Of a DNA stretch of 64,000 bases, positions 1 to 13,690 are shown in pieces (positions within the stretch are counted from its first letter, which is position 1; every line of letters starts with the position of its first letter). The translations under genes were made by a program, and so were the position numbers. Source of the stretch: Hamiltosporidium tvaerminnensis FI-OER-3-3 (lineage: Eukaryota; Fungi; Microsporidia); NCBI GenBank assembly GCA_022605425.2, contig JAKIMF020000007.1, positions 62,001 to 126,000 of the forward strand, given 5' to 3'. Below the pieces are notes generated by a model. It searched no databases. It worked only from the letters and a program-made list of their open reading frames with translations, and had not been told where the DNA came from.

Positions 1-2379
1 TAATAATAATAAATTATAAAATTATGAACCTTAGACACATTCTTTTGCTAATAATTTTAAGTACTTAGCTATTCTCTTTAGATTTCCTACAACAGTCACA
101 ATGGATAAAGCGAATAGTAAAACATTTAATATGAATAATTCATAAAAAATTTACAATAAAACTTTATCATATAAAAGAAAAATTGAAATCTACAAAAGAA
201 TATAAAAATATTTGATATGTCATGATTTTCTTTAGGAATTTATTATATATCAAAACAAGTTGACAATATATACCAACCATGCCATGGAGATTTATTCATT
301 TCTCATTAAGAGTAACCCTTTATTATAAAAAAGCTGAGATTAAAAGAAATACAAATGTATATCGACGCGTAACTCCTATAAAAATGTATAAGCAAAAAAA
401 TATCAATTGTTTAATAAATTTAAAACCAGAATTAACCGGTGAATGTTTTTATGCAAGGCTTCAACGTTCAATTTCGATAGCCATCTTCCCAAGCTCTTTA
501 TATTTTCTATCAACTTTTTATTAAAAGGGCCACCATCATTTAACTTATAAATTTTTAAAGAAAAATTTAAAATATTTTCTTTCCAAATTCTATCATGCAA
601 AGGTACTTTTTCATATTTCCGTATTTTGAAGAACACATAAAATTATATTGTTCAAAAATAAATTTTTTACGCATTTAAGTTCTGTGCTCACCGCTACATA
701 ATATATTTTCTGTTTTTTAACCAAGAGGCATGGATTGTATTTACAATTTAACACCGAGTAAGGATTGTGGTTTGCTTTGTCATTTATATCTTTAGATTAC
801 ATATTTCCGCATCAAATTTGATCATATAAAATCTGTATCAGTTTATCTAGATGTTTTTCAACCAATTATCAATATATTCGGTTACCTCAACCAGAGCTTT
901 CTTCACGACCCGCCCCTTTGTATTAATAATTTGGCTATTTTGTATTAAATATCACAGATTTGACACTAATGTAGAAACAGGGTCGATTTGAACAAATTTA
1001 AAGAATTAATTAGAATATCTGGTTCGGATCCCATATTGAAACTTTTCTATTTGTATGTAAGATGATATTGGATTTTTCAATCAAACTTTCATTAGAATAA
1101 TTAAGTACCAATGCCAATTATCTATTTTTTTACATCTCATCCAAATAAGTATATACTTAATCTCATAAAGAAAAAATTGATATTGAATTATTGTTTAGAT
1201 ACATTCTTTGTATGTATTTTAATTTTTCATTTTTTCCATTTTTCAGTCCACTTTTCTTCTTTTGCTTTTAATTTAAATTTTTCTGTAAAGGAAGATCTGT
1301 TCATATTCAAAACATGAAGGGTAAAGGTTTGCAAAAAATAGATGAAAGCAATCTTTAAAAAAAAATTATTCTTAAGCAGATTTATACAACAATAAAACTC
1401 CTAATATTCTAAATATAGTTCTAAAGCTTATAATATTTATATTTTTTTATTGTTTCTACAATAAGGAAAATTTTACAGAAATGTAATTTCAATATATCAG
1501 CTTTCCATAAATGATCCCAGTTTTTTTTTAACATTGGCAAATTTAAAAATTCACTAAAAATTAACTTCTAAAAATCCATTTGTATTGTAAGAGATCTTTA
1601 AAATAGAAGAAAATTTTATTCTTAATGTTTTTAATTTATATCTTAGACGTAAATTTTCTTTTTTAGCTGTAAATCACAATTAAAAAGAATGGAAAATTAT
1701 TTTAATGTGCTTATATTGTAAAATACTCTAAAAAAATATTTCTTTTATATTTTGCTGTATGTAAGAGATTTTGGTCTAATTTTGATCTGTATTTTAATTA
1801 ATAATTTTCGAAAAACTTTACTTTGTTATTCCTCTAACAGAATATACATTAAAAAGTTATATGTTAAAAGTTTAACAGAAACATATGGGAAGATAATTTA
1901 TTTCTAAAGTAGACAAACAGATATTCAAAGTTCGAGAAAATATTTTAGTTCAGAATATTTAAATTAATTTCAAGTTATTAAAAACTTTTATATTTTTATA
2001 TTCGGTTTAGAACATTTAGAAACTATATAAAATACTCGGCATAATATTAACTTTTGTTTTTAATTTCTGGTATGAATTTACACATATAAGACTTTTTATT
2101 GCAAACGTAATAGATTGTTTGTTAGTAGTATAATCAGTCATATTAATTAAATATCTCAAACTCTACGTTAAGCAATAATGAATCGAAATTTAACTTAAGT
2201 AGCTGATTTTCAAAGTAAAGGTAGACAGAATTTGCAAAAAAAATGCAAAATTCAATGTAAATATCACGGTTATGACACCAACATATGATGATAAGTTGAT
2301 ATTTCAAGAGACAAAAAAAATATTAAATAAATATTATAACGTAGAGATGATTGCTCAATAAAAAAAAGTACTTTGCAAA

Positions 2380-3035
2380 AAACTGGTGAGGGAAATAACT
2401 AAAATAAATACTTTTGACTTGAAAATGAATATTGAAGGTAGAGTTGTAAAATATTCGTTTTAATTTTTAGGTTGAGATAGATCTGCATAAAATATTCTGT
2501 TATTTGATAGTTGGTTGTTTTAAGATGTAAAGGATTTCGAAATGCAAAACTTTTTCAAATCTACTTATATTTTTTTTTAATGTAACTAGATTTATAGCTG
2601 CAGCTTAGTTTTTAGTCATTCGCGAAGAAATCTTTACTTTTATCACTCGAATTTGAGACTTAGCACTTGGAAAAACACAAATAAAAATTTTTAAAGTTGA
2701 GGAACCTAAGATGCAGGTTATACCTACCGTATGAAAATGTTAGTTTCGGTAGAACCCATGTAATTCGCTGGGCTATATCTTAGATGTAGTCAAATAGAGT
2801 GGTAATGCTAAAGTAAGTCTAAAATCGGCATGGTCTTAGAGATTCATAAAATAGCATTTGACTTACGATCAAATCTTAGTCAAGGGACTGCAACAAATAT
2901 TCCAGACTGCATTTGGAAAGAAATAGGTTGTTCTACGCGTTTTACGTGGTAATTCTTTTGATCTAAGAACAATTAAGGTACCGATGAGGTGAGCGAGAAG
3001 CAGTCACATATGTGGAATCTTGAACCTTGTTGATT
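2380..3035 (+). repeat. Dispersed structured-repeat family, long form, copy A1 (diverged)
   Basis: Colinear motifs shared with 26800-27411 and with revcomp of 48805-49474: aactggtgagggaaataact head, gacttagcacttgg...ctaagatgcaggttatacct, cccatgtaa...tatatcttag, gttctac, aaggtaccgatg, gcagtcacatatgt. Ends approximate. Confidence 0.7.
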
Positions 3036-5534
3036 TATTAAACTAATAAAATGTATGCTTTAGTTACAAAACTATGTGATAGTTCCAAATCTATTTTATG
3101 CTTAGCTGATACACTTATTATATATGTTTCTTTTATTGCGATTTTCTGTATTTTAAATACCTGCTGGTTTTCTTAAGTCTTTATTCGACTTAATTTATAT
3201 TTTTTATTTTTTATGTAATTAAATTTGTTTTTGAAAGCCTGATTCTGATTAAGAAGATTCATAATCTTTTACGTTAAAAATAACAGTTATGTTTTTTAGA
3301 AACACTGCTTTAGAACACTGGGCTCTTTTGTAATTTGAACCTCTTATATTCTCTTATACTTCTGTGGTCTGAATTTCAATCTTTTTAGCTTTCTATATCA
3401 TACTTACAAAATTATACGATTTAACTTTACAAAAAAAACTTTTCGAACTTAATATTCATATTACAGTTTATTTTTTTATCTAATTTGGCTTTTACTATTT
3501 TAAAGGAGTTGGTATCTATATATATATTAAAACTCTATGTGACTTTTCGTTTTTATATTGCACAAAAATTCAATCTAAAATTAGAAATTTAAATTTCAAT
3601 TAATTTATATTATGTAGAATACTTTTACTTTGGCTGAATACATCTTTTTAAATATACATCTTAAGTAGGTTTTTTTTATCCATTTTCTCAAATACTCTGT
3701 CTATTCTTCAGTATTAATTCTGATATATTAAGGTAAATTCAATTGTATTGCATATTAGCAGTAGAATTATAATGACATACTTCAAAACAAGGTATTTATT
3801 TTCAGTATGTAATTTTAAATTTACTATCTTTGTGTTTGCTTTCCTTTTCAAAAAATATATATATCTTAGCTAAGTCTTTATTTCAGATACATGGTTAAAT
3901 TTATTTGTTAGTTTTTTATACTAACCCTTATACTGTATAAATAATATAGTCTTTACATCGGTATAAACCATTTATGCCTCTTTCTATGTTCAAGTTGAAA
4001 TAGATATTATACATGAATTTTAAATTTTTAATCTATCTTCTATATAAAAATCTGCACCATATTTTGACTTTTATTTACCTTTTTTATATCTTTAAGCTTT
4101 TAAAGTCGAATCTTTTAGTTTAATAATTTTTTCAATTTATTTCTAACTACAGAATGGTTCTTATATTTAGTTTCTTGAATTCAAATTTCTTTTGTAAATA
4201 TCTTTTCACTTTTTACAATTTCGTAGTTTTTCATTCGAATCTACTTTTTTTGTTTGTTTAAACTATTTTCGGATTATTCTTTTGTTATTTATTTGCTAAG
4301 TTAACTAGGCATGTTGAAAAGCTGTTTTTCTACTTATAAAACAATCTTAGTTGTTTTTATCTATAAATTTTAAGGAATTAAGTAACATTTCTTTTCAAAA
4401 AATGTCTAATTTTATCCTTTTGATGGATTTTTATTTATTTAAATTCATTTATCTTAAAATTCATCTTTTTATTAAAAATGTTTATATAAAATAGAAAATT
4501 AGCCTTATCTCTTTTTATATGATTTTAAGGTGTTAATTCTAATAAGATTATGAAATTTACCATAATTGGAGTTATTGAGAATAAGGTATGATATGTTTTT
4601 TATGTTAATCTTTAACATTCACACTATTAAAACCCTAACTCATAATCTAAAAATAAGATTTTGTAATCTTGGTCATACACATTGTGTTTAGCTTAAAAAT
4701 GGCCGTATTAAATTTAATGAAATTGTTGTGAAAGCCTTTAGTATATTGATAGGTATATTAATCCTTTAAAGCATTCATACGTTACTTTAAATTTCTATAT
4801 AACGTCATATTATTTACCTTTCCTTAAATTGAGCAAAATCCTAGGCATTTATTATATTTGTATTGTTTATTATACTTAAAAAGAATATAGAGCTAAGTAA
4901 AAAAAGCATGTGTGAAAATGTAATTAAACATCATGTATAATTATATTTTTAAGAGCTTTATGAGAAATGTAATACTATTGCCATTGTTGAAAACGATTTG
5001 AAATTCTTTAGATTTTTACAGACATCATTTTATTATTATAATTTAATTCAATCTATATTATAGTGAATTTAAAGATTTGATTTTTCTTACATTTCATATA
5101 CATAAAAGTATATTTTTTTGTATTCTTTAGTTCAGATTCAACTAACCTAAATTGTAAACCTATAATTATTTTACTGTAAGATCTAATGAATTAAATTTAA
5201 AGGTTAAAATATAGTATTTTACAATGCCTCTAATTGATAGCTTTATCTTTATTAGACTATTTCTATTTTAAAACTAAATTTAAAAAACTATTTTTACATC
5301 AATTATATATATATTTTAATGTTGTATATTTTAATGTTCTTAATTTAGCTACATATTTTAAAGACAATCGCTAAAATAATTTTTAAATGGTATGGTTATT
5401 GCATTTTTTTGGTTTTGTATGTTCTTTAACTTTTCGAGCAATACGAATTCCCACAAAAAACAATTCAAATAAAAAATAATTTAGATAATATTTTAATTTA
5501 ATATAAGATAGAATCAATCTTTAATAAATACGGT

Positions 5535-5760
5535 TTCACTGCTACTATTACATGGAACTCGGTCTCCTTAACGATCTTTCTCCCTTCTTCCTATCATATG
5601 CCTTTGTTTTTCATTGCCTCGCATTAAGCATTCTCAGGTCGTTTTTCGCGGCCTCCATATATCTTTCCCTTGGTTTACCTCTTCTTCTTTCCATTAGCTT
5701 TATACGCTTAGGCTTGACTTACATCTCGATTAGATGGCACTCTTATCAAATTCCTACCCA
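5535..5760 (-). mobile_element. Degenerate 3' end of an RTE-like non-LTR retrotransposon
   Basis: Minus strand gives broken peptides resembling the RTE ORF C-terminus (HL..M..PKRI..RRGKPRERYMEAAKNDLRMLNARQ*KTKAYDRK..RKIV). A homologous copy lies at 41848-41980. Confidence 0.65.
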
Positions 5761-7301
5761 TCTTAACCATCCTTTTTTTTATTTTGGTTACCAAATTTAA
5801 TTCACGATAGAGATCATAAAATTCTTGGTTAGTTCTTATTTTCTACTCATTGTTAATAGTTTTGGGCTCATATATTCTAGGAAGTATCTTGATTCGCCAG
5901 GTGTTTATATGAATATAGTTCAGTATATATTAAATTATTATAACTCATTTATTATAACCTTTGATAATTAAATATAAGCTACGAACAAATCTTCAAAAAA
6001 TGAACAACCAATTATACTTGTATGAATAAAAAGCTAATGATATCCTTGTGATATCTAAATATATTCATATGTGGATATTAAAGTAGAAAGATTAAAAAAA
6101 GAATATTATTTCTATGAAATGCGTCATTTATTGTAAGTCTACAATTTAAATTCCTATAATTGTGTTTGATGATTTATAGATAATGATATCAAGAGTATGA
6201 TTTTCCTTTTAAAAATAAATAGAAAGATTATTGGTTATTGCACATTTAAAAAAAATTTGTCTTTTTAAGGCCGTGTCATCTTTAACGAGTGAGTTGGGCG
6301 TTTATTGTTTTCTAACACTGATATCGTTTTGTATGAATAAAGATTAAACTACATATAGAAGCCAAAGAATCTAGTATTACAATAAACCACGATATTTTTA
6401 TCGAAATTCTCAGCTGAATTATTATATCTTACAATACTCAAGCTTATTGGGATTATAAAATGGCGTGGCTAAGGTTATCTACTTGTTTTTTACTATGATT
6501 CAAAATGTTTGTGAAAGAACTCATCCGATCTTTTTTAAAGTTGGATCTAATATAATTTTAAATTATTTTACTTAGAATATATTGTTGGGTAAACCTACTT
6601 ATAAAATCATCTTTAATTTCATAAACTCGAAGGCAAGGAGCCCATTTATCGGAAGTAATTGAATATTTGCAAAGAATGCGTGTGAATGCCTATATCATAA
6701 AGAAATCTAATAAATGATAATTTGGCCTTCAACTACAACTTTTTTTAGTAGATTTAATAACTATGTTTAACCATTAATCCAAATACTTGGGTTAATTTAA
6801 CTATCTCTTTCTATTTCTTTTAACTATAAGGATAATTGGTTCTTTTTAATAGTTAGATGGAGTTTGGACTCTTTAAAAGAGTTGTTTTCTGTTTGAATAG
6901 ATGTGTTCTTTTTGATTTCAGGTTTTAAACGTTAAGTTATTTATGATTACGGTATATTTTTACGAATAGTTTTTGCATTTAAGGTATCTCTATGGATTAT
7001 TTATCACTTCAAAAAATCTTAAGAACAGTTTTTCAAAGGCCAGTTAAAAATTTATCTTCATTATACGTCAAATATTTTGATTATTTTTGATATAAAATTA
7101 CTTAATTCGTTTTCTTATGCTTATAATTTACATGTGTATGAGAATATATGCCAATATATTAGAAGTAATGTATCATAGATTTTTTCAAATGCATCGTATT
7201 TAAATGACCATATATCTGCTAACAAACACAAAAATAATATCATTTATGACCATAATAAAATAATCCAAAAAAATAAAAATTAGGAATAAAAAAGAATTTA
7301 T

Positions 7302-9653
7302 TTAGTAGATATCATAAGGCTCTTCTATTAGGAATATCAAAATCTTTTTCGGAGCAAAAACTTGCCTAATACATTTCATGATTTTTTCGGTTGATAAATT
7401 TTCGATATAAAAGGTAAATTTTATAGTAGATTTATCCAAAAAAAGCATTTCAATCCTTTTGGAGGTCCATTCTACAATAGTACATTGTTCGAATATAAGT
7501 GATTTAAGTTTTTTCAAATTAGCAATAAATTTTAAATCGGCTTCATATATGTTTATACCTTCAAAATACAATTTTTTGATATTGTATTCTATAGAAGTGG
7601 AAAATAACTCTTGAAAGGATATATCATCAAAATTAATTTTGGTTAAAGATAGTTGCTTCAAGTTCGATAACTTTTCAAGTGCACATTTATCCGATTTGTA
7701 TATAGAATAATTTTCAAGAGTTAGTATATCTAAAAGGCTTAGATCAAAAACCTGAACCAAACACTGTAAAGAATACCGCTCATTTTCACCAACCAAAACA
7801 ATGTTACTGCTTTTAATGAATCTACTCAGAATTTCGCCATTATATTCTGCTGCAAAATCTATTATGGAATCAATATTGTAAATAACTAATTTTTGGAAAG
7901 AAAGTTTTGGAGCCAAGAAAAACTGTAATACAAATTTCTCCGACAATTCGACCCGAACTTTTTTTAGATTTGTCATCATGTTTAATATTTCATAAAACCT
8001 ACAAAAATCAGATTTATCAAAGCACCAGAATCTGAAATATTCAATAGATGCGTTACGAATATTAATAGGCTCTTCGATATGAAATTCGCATTCCTGTATT
8101 ATTAATTTTTTAAGTGAAGTTATACTCAGAATATCATTTATAAAATTAGAAGTTATTGTGCAATCTCTAATATGGATTTCATAAATATTTTTTTCGAGTA
8201 TTGTATCTTTAATTGTAAACTGCTTCAAATTTAAGTTCCTTCTTAAAGTAATTGAAATAAATTTATAATCACCACCGTATTCATAAAAAAATGAGACTAT
8301 ATAATTCTTACATATCGAATCCACTGCTTCAAAAACTTTAACTTTATTCTTAAACACATTATCATTGTATAATTTGAAAATTAAGTCTTTATTTTCTTCA
8401 GATATTTCTCTATTTCGAATAAATTCCTCTAGAGAAGCCTTTGGACATCCACTGTTTAGATTTTCTATTATATGTTCAGTTATATTATGACACAATAGAT
8501 CATTGGAATCGGAAACTTCATCTTGTTTTTGCTTAAGATAGTTCTCATTGAATATAATTTCGTTGATTACATTTAAGTGTTCTGAAAGACTAACAGATGT
8601 TTTTAGTGAGGTTTCTATGAACACAAGTTTTTTTAAATTCACAAAATTTTTATTCATATTAAGAAATCCAATGATTTGATCACACACGGTAACTTTAATA
8701 AATATGATCTCATCAATTTTCTTTTTTATATTTTGCAAAATTAAGCAACATGTTTTATGTACACTTTCCTTTAAATTAGGTATATGTAAATATTTAATAT
8801 CTAATGTATTTAGTACTAAGATAAATAAATTTTTCTTTGTTTCATTCATATTTACTTTTTCAGATAAGAATCTATCAAGCGTTTCATCTATTATCAAAAT
8901 GTGTTCCCTATCATCAGTATATAAGCCTTCATATCTTTGGTAACTATTAGATTTCCTTATTTTTAAAAATGAAATATCAACCTCATTTTCTGATTCTAAC
9001 ATTCTAAAATATTCCTGTGAAATTTTTTTAAACAACTTACGAGAAAAATATTCTTGCTTTGTGAAATGAAATGAAATTTTTTCAATGTCTAAATTCTCTA
9101 TATCTGTAGATTTTTCTAAGTTACTCAAACTCAATCTTAGAATATTTCGCAGTCTATCATCATATTCTACTCTAAAATATTCTAAGAAATACAATATTGT
9201 GTAAAACCGGTCAACTGTCATTTTTTCATCTGGTAAAGCGTTTGACTTTAAAAACTCATAAAATATTATAAATTCGGAATTTTTTATGTGATTACAAAGA
9301 AATATTTCGATATTTGAATTGTTATCATTCAATTTAGTGAATAATATAAAATTGAGATTAATTTTCTCCAAATCTTTGATAACATACTTAATATAATTCT
9401 TATTTTCATCTCTAATTAATAATTTCTGAATATATTCGACCTCCTTTTTTATGCAAACAGAATCTCTTTTTAGTCGGCATAAACACTCAAAATCGGTGTC
9501 AACTACGGATGAACTAGAACAAAGTTCTTCATGACTACTTAAAACATTAAATGTTACATCTCTTTCGGCTGAATAGCTCATAAACAACAAAATATAAAAA
9601 TTCAATAGACAATAAAATAAATCTATGCACCGCAAGCTCAATTTAAAATTCAT
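7302..9653 (-). CDS. Lineage-specific 783-aa protein with hydrophobic N-terminus and degenerate leucine-rich repeats (expanded microsporidian LRR-like family)
   Basis: Long ORF; signal-peptide-like N-terminus; LxxLxxLxL-type repeats (LSNLKQLSL, ANLKKLKSLIF, SLKKLII); aaaacccATG start context. Confidence 0.8.
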   Translation of the reverse strand: MNFKLSLRCIDLFYCLLNFYILLFMSYSAERDVTFNVLSSHEELCSSSSVVDTDFECLCRLKRDSVCIKKEVEYIQKLLIRDENKNYIKYVIKDLEKINLNFILFTKLNDNNSNIEIFLCNHIKNSEFIIFYEFLKSNALPDEKMTVDRFYTILYFLEYFRVEYDDRLRNILRLSLSNLEKSTDIENLDIEKISFHFTKQEYFSRKLFKKISQEYFRMLESENEVDISFLKIRKSNSYQRYEGLYTDDREHILIIDETLDRFLSEKVNMNETKKNLFILVLNTLDIKYLHIPNLKESVHKTCCLILQNIKKKIDEIIFIKVTVCDQIIGFLNMNKNFVNLKKLVFIETSLKTSVSLSEHLNVINEIIFNENYLKQKQDEVSDSNDLLCHNITEHIIENLNSGCPKASLEEFIRNREISEENKDLIFKLYNDNVFKNKVKVFEAVDSICKNYIVSFFYEYGGDYKFISITLRRNLNLKQFTIKDTILEKNIYEIHIRDCTITSNFINDILSITSLKKLIIQECEFHIEEPINIRNASIEYFRFWCFDKSDFCRFYEILNMMTNLKKVRVELSEKFVLQFFLAPKLSFQKLVIYNIDSIIDFAAEYNGEILSRFIKSSNIVLVGENERYSLQCLVQVFDLSLLDILTLENYSIYKSDKCALEKLSNLKQLSLTKINFDDISFQELFSTSIEYNIKKLYFEGINIYEADLKFIANLKKLKSLIFEQCTIVEWTSKRIEMLFLDKSTIKFTFYIENLSTEKIMKCIRQVFAPKKILIFLIEEPYDIY

Positions 9654-10089
9654 GGGTTTTGAAAAAAAATCTATATTTATATTTTTTTAAGCCAATTTGC
9701 CGTTTATGTTCTAATTAGAATATTTTTTTTATTTTTTTAAAAAAATCAATATAATATGCTATTTTTATTATAAATTTTGATTTTTTTTACAAATTTAACC
9801 AATTAAAATAATTCTAATAAAAATTTATATCAATAAAAATATGAAATCATATTCTTTCTTATATTTATTCTAGAAGAAATATAATAGTAAAAAAATTATT
9901 TAATCGTTGTAATTTTGAATTAACTTTCAACGAATTTTCCTATACGTTTCATCATTTTTTTATTCTTTATTTTCAAATAATTTTTTTTTCGACAATTAAT
10001 TAAAGAAAAAACAAAATTTTCTATAAATTTATTATCGAAATATTTACATACTTTTATGGGTCTGTCATATGTCAGAATATTTTTTCCGT

Positions 10090-10735
10090 TGCTTAACGAA
10101 TTTTTTGGTTTCACACATATAACTGTTGCCCAGAACGTTATTGGGAATTTGCACAATGACTAAATACAAAGCTTTTTTCTAATAGAATCTTAAAGCCTAT
10201 TAAAAACTTAGTAACAGATCTCCTATTTATAATTCTCTGTTATCTGTTGTCTGGAATTTGTTTGCATGTCAGCACATTTGTGTCCAAAATCAGAAACACC
10301 GCTTTTTACCGAACTAATAGACTTTTAGATAAAATTTAAGAACATAAATGGAATTCACCTAAAAGTTCAACACTATATCAACAGGTATAATCTGCTACTT
10401 CGTATTATTGAGTTTATGGATCCATTTTTTTTCATATCTCCCAGGCTCTTAATCGTTTAACCCGGGGAGAAAGACTAGGTTTCTATGTTTTTCCTCCTGA
10501 ATTGCCTAATATTACATTCCCTGTTAAACTCAGTTAAAAAAGTTTTTATAAAATAAGTTTTAGCAAAAGTTCACTAGTTTCTAGGGTCTCTCTTCAGTAT
10601 AAAATTCCCATTGATCAACCGAAAATTCTAAGCTGGTTTTTATCGCACCAAAAAGCCAAACAATGAATTTCACATTAAATTCATCTAATCATTTCAAGAA
10701 GAATGTTTTCATGTGTTTATTCTCTCTCCATCATT
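10090..10735 (-). repeat. Dispersed structured-repeat family, long form, copy A2
   Basis: Matches 48805-49474 in the same orientation: caacaggtataatctgctactt, tatctcccaggc, taacccg, gactaggtttc, caccaaaaa. Shares gtctggaat-tg-tgc with revcomp of A1. Confidence 0.75.
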
Positions 10736-11686
10736 TATGGTACACAAATTATATAAATGACTTTTTAATATTCTAAGCATACTATATATTCTATTTAAAA
10801 ATGTATAAAATGCATCCATTTTGTATTAAAAAAAATTAGTTTAACTTTTAACATAATGCTTTTTCTAGAAATATTTTTTTGCTCTAAAATTTAATTTTGC
10901 AAAACGAACTAAGATTATTAAAAAATGAACTCAACGCTACTTTATTTACCATTTGTTGAAAATTTGTAAGCAAGAAAAGCATAATATAAACTAATATTAA
11001 CCAATGTTAACATTAAGAATAATATATCAATAATTTATTTTCATAAAATAAATTTTGAAACAAACTAATGAATTCCGAATATTTTTAATCTCTTGTATTA
11101 GTGGTTGTAAAAAAAAGATTTACGAAATTTAAGTTTGGGATAATTACTATTTAGAGGTTTTTGTTGAATTATATTTTGTGGCCATACCCAAGATTATATT
11201 AATTAAATTAGATAAGATCTATCTCAAAATAGCTAGATTCTTTTAATAATATTATCGATATTTAATGTTGTAAAATGAATTTTATTAACGTTTTTTACAT
11301 CAGAATCGGTGATAAAACACAATACTGGAGAGAATACCGAAAAATATTCAAATATAATTTAAGAAACATAAATTTACAAACTTACAGATTTTAAGTAAAA
11401 TATTTTATTGATTTCAACAGTATTAAGCAATTAATCAAAATTTATTCTATTTGAATTGTGAATGAAAAATTTAAAATTAAAATCTTAATTTGGAAAAGAA
11501 AAATATAGAAAAAGATCAAAATATGAAAAAGGAGCAGTTTAATCTTGGAAAATATGATGATAAATCAAACAAAAACAATCAATAAAAATTTAGTTGTATT
11601 AAATAAGTTTTTTAATTAAGAAGAATAGCTAGCAGTTTTAGAAATTATTTATTTGCCAACCGCAAATATTTAAGGTCTTTCAATTT

Positions 11687-13690
11687 TTATTTCACTTTAA
11701 AATATTTGTCTATTTGTTTGGTAATTTCCTTTAAAAGATGGACACGGCTATTTTTTTGATAAAATTCTAAAAAGTTCATGAAATTTGGCAACAGCTTACG
11801 CTCAAAATAAACCAAGGTTAATTCTATATCAATATAATATTTAATTTCTTCGATTTTAGATATTCCTGTCTCTTTCAACTTATTTAATTCTTTTAATTTC
11901 TCATTCATTTGTTTTTTTACGTTTTTGTAATATATATAAGCATTGCGTTTGACTAAATTGAAATTCGATTTTATTAATAAATTCAATCTATTTTTCAACG
12001 AAGACGAGCTGACAAAAATTTTTGAAAGACAGGTTAGAAATTATATTTCGAAATTCAGTAGAAATTTCTTTTTTCTTTAATAGGCAAACTATTTCTGAAA
12101 TAAAATCTGTAATCCGAAGTTTATCCAATTTACATTCTGAATCAAATAGAAATCTATAAAAAAACCCGCATCATTATAGTGAAAAATAGTCCATTCAGAT
12201 ATCCACCTACTTTTTGGTATTTCGGAACAATAACTCAAAATGTTAATAATTCTGTAAATTTTAACTTTTTCAGAATCAAAATTAAATCCAATAGTAACAC
12301 CGAGATTAATTTTCTAATAAAAAAAGAAATTCTGTTCATTGTAAATCTATCGATGTTTTTTCTGATATTAGATTTTTTTTCGATTTTTATATTTTGATCT
12401 TGAAAAATATAACTAGTTAAACGTTTCATAATACCACAGATATAATGTACATAATCAATAACTTTTCTTAATAGAATTGACATTGTAATATTTACATATT
12501 TCATAAATATAATTTAACTCTGGAAAATTCAATGAATTTGTGTTTGTTTAATTTCTTAAAGAGTTTGAAGATAATTTATTTGACCGATTCTCTCGATTAT
12601 TTCTACTGTATTTAAGTTAGAAAAGAAAAATGTCTCAAACTCTACAAGTTTTTTTACCGATTCCTAATACTATTTTAAAATCTGATAGCATTTCCAAATC
12701 AGGAGGATCTATTTTTAAAATGGCATTTTCTACATCAAGAAATACATATTTAGAATTTAAATCTGTCTGCAAAAAATACTCTAAGTCAAATATTTCCCCG
12801 ATGTTTGATGGATATATTATATTACATAATTCCTCCTTTATGATTAGAAAAGATTCTTCTGAATTGATTAGAGAATAGTTTAATGTTAAATATGATAAAA
12901 AAATCTTCTTTTTTTGAGGGATCCGAAATCATTTTACTTAATCCATCATAATTTCAGTTGCTCTTGGTATTTTTAAGAGTCTTTCATTACTTGTTGTCAT
13001 ATGAGAATGGTTATTGATTGGGGTTATTACTGATTGTGCTTGTTCGGTAAAAAAATCACAATTCATGATAGAGTTATCTATATTGCAGGTTTGATTTTCA
13101 GCATAATGTGATTGTTCCGTGGTATGGCCTTCGTTTAAGGTGGGAATATTTAAATTTTGGTGGCTTATTAGATTATAATAGATTGTACATTGAGGTTGTA
13201 AAGAGCAGCCTGTTAATAATACATAGTTATTCGATCCGTCACTTAAATTGTAATTATTTTGAGGGAGAAAAATAGTGCCAGTCAAAATAATCTGGTTGTA
13301 TATTTGTGAAATCTCTAACCCGATGGTTGTGGGTGCATTTTCTGTCAATGAATTTCTCGGAACGAATTCCTTTGTTTGTGGATTTGTATTATAGGCTATT
13401 TTTTCGATACAATTCAAAACTTTTGGATGAATTTTCTTGATTGGTTTTTTACCTGTTTTTTTTTCGAATGCCTTTCTATTTCTTTTCGTCTTTTTAGATG
13501 GATTTGGTTGTGAATCTGATATTACATGTTCAACAAATTTATATTTCAAATTGTTGGTATTTATTTCTGCTTCGACTTCTCCGCCCGATGATTCCATCCT
13601 AAAAACTCTTTTTCCAATTGTTTGATCAAAAGATTCTATACTGCTGCCTATAAAGATTAAAAAACAGTGGGATTGTAAGAAAGGTGCATG
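11687..13690 (-). pseudogene. Fragmented lineage-specific gene (probable pseudogene or assembly frameshifts); largest piece 12938-13597
   Basis: Successive same-strand ORF pieces (12938-13597, a coding-like frame at ~12630-12880, 12235-12504, 11687-11998) separated by stops and frameshifts; cccggccATG near 13690. Confidence 0.5.

Noticed and set aside
279-1317. Short ORFs at the left edge (279-524, 403-636, 1111-1317)
   Set aside because: No recognisable motifs; consistent with chance or decayed sequence.
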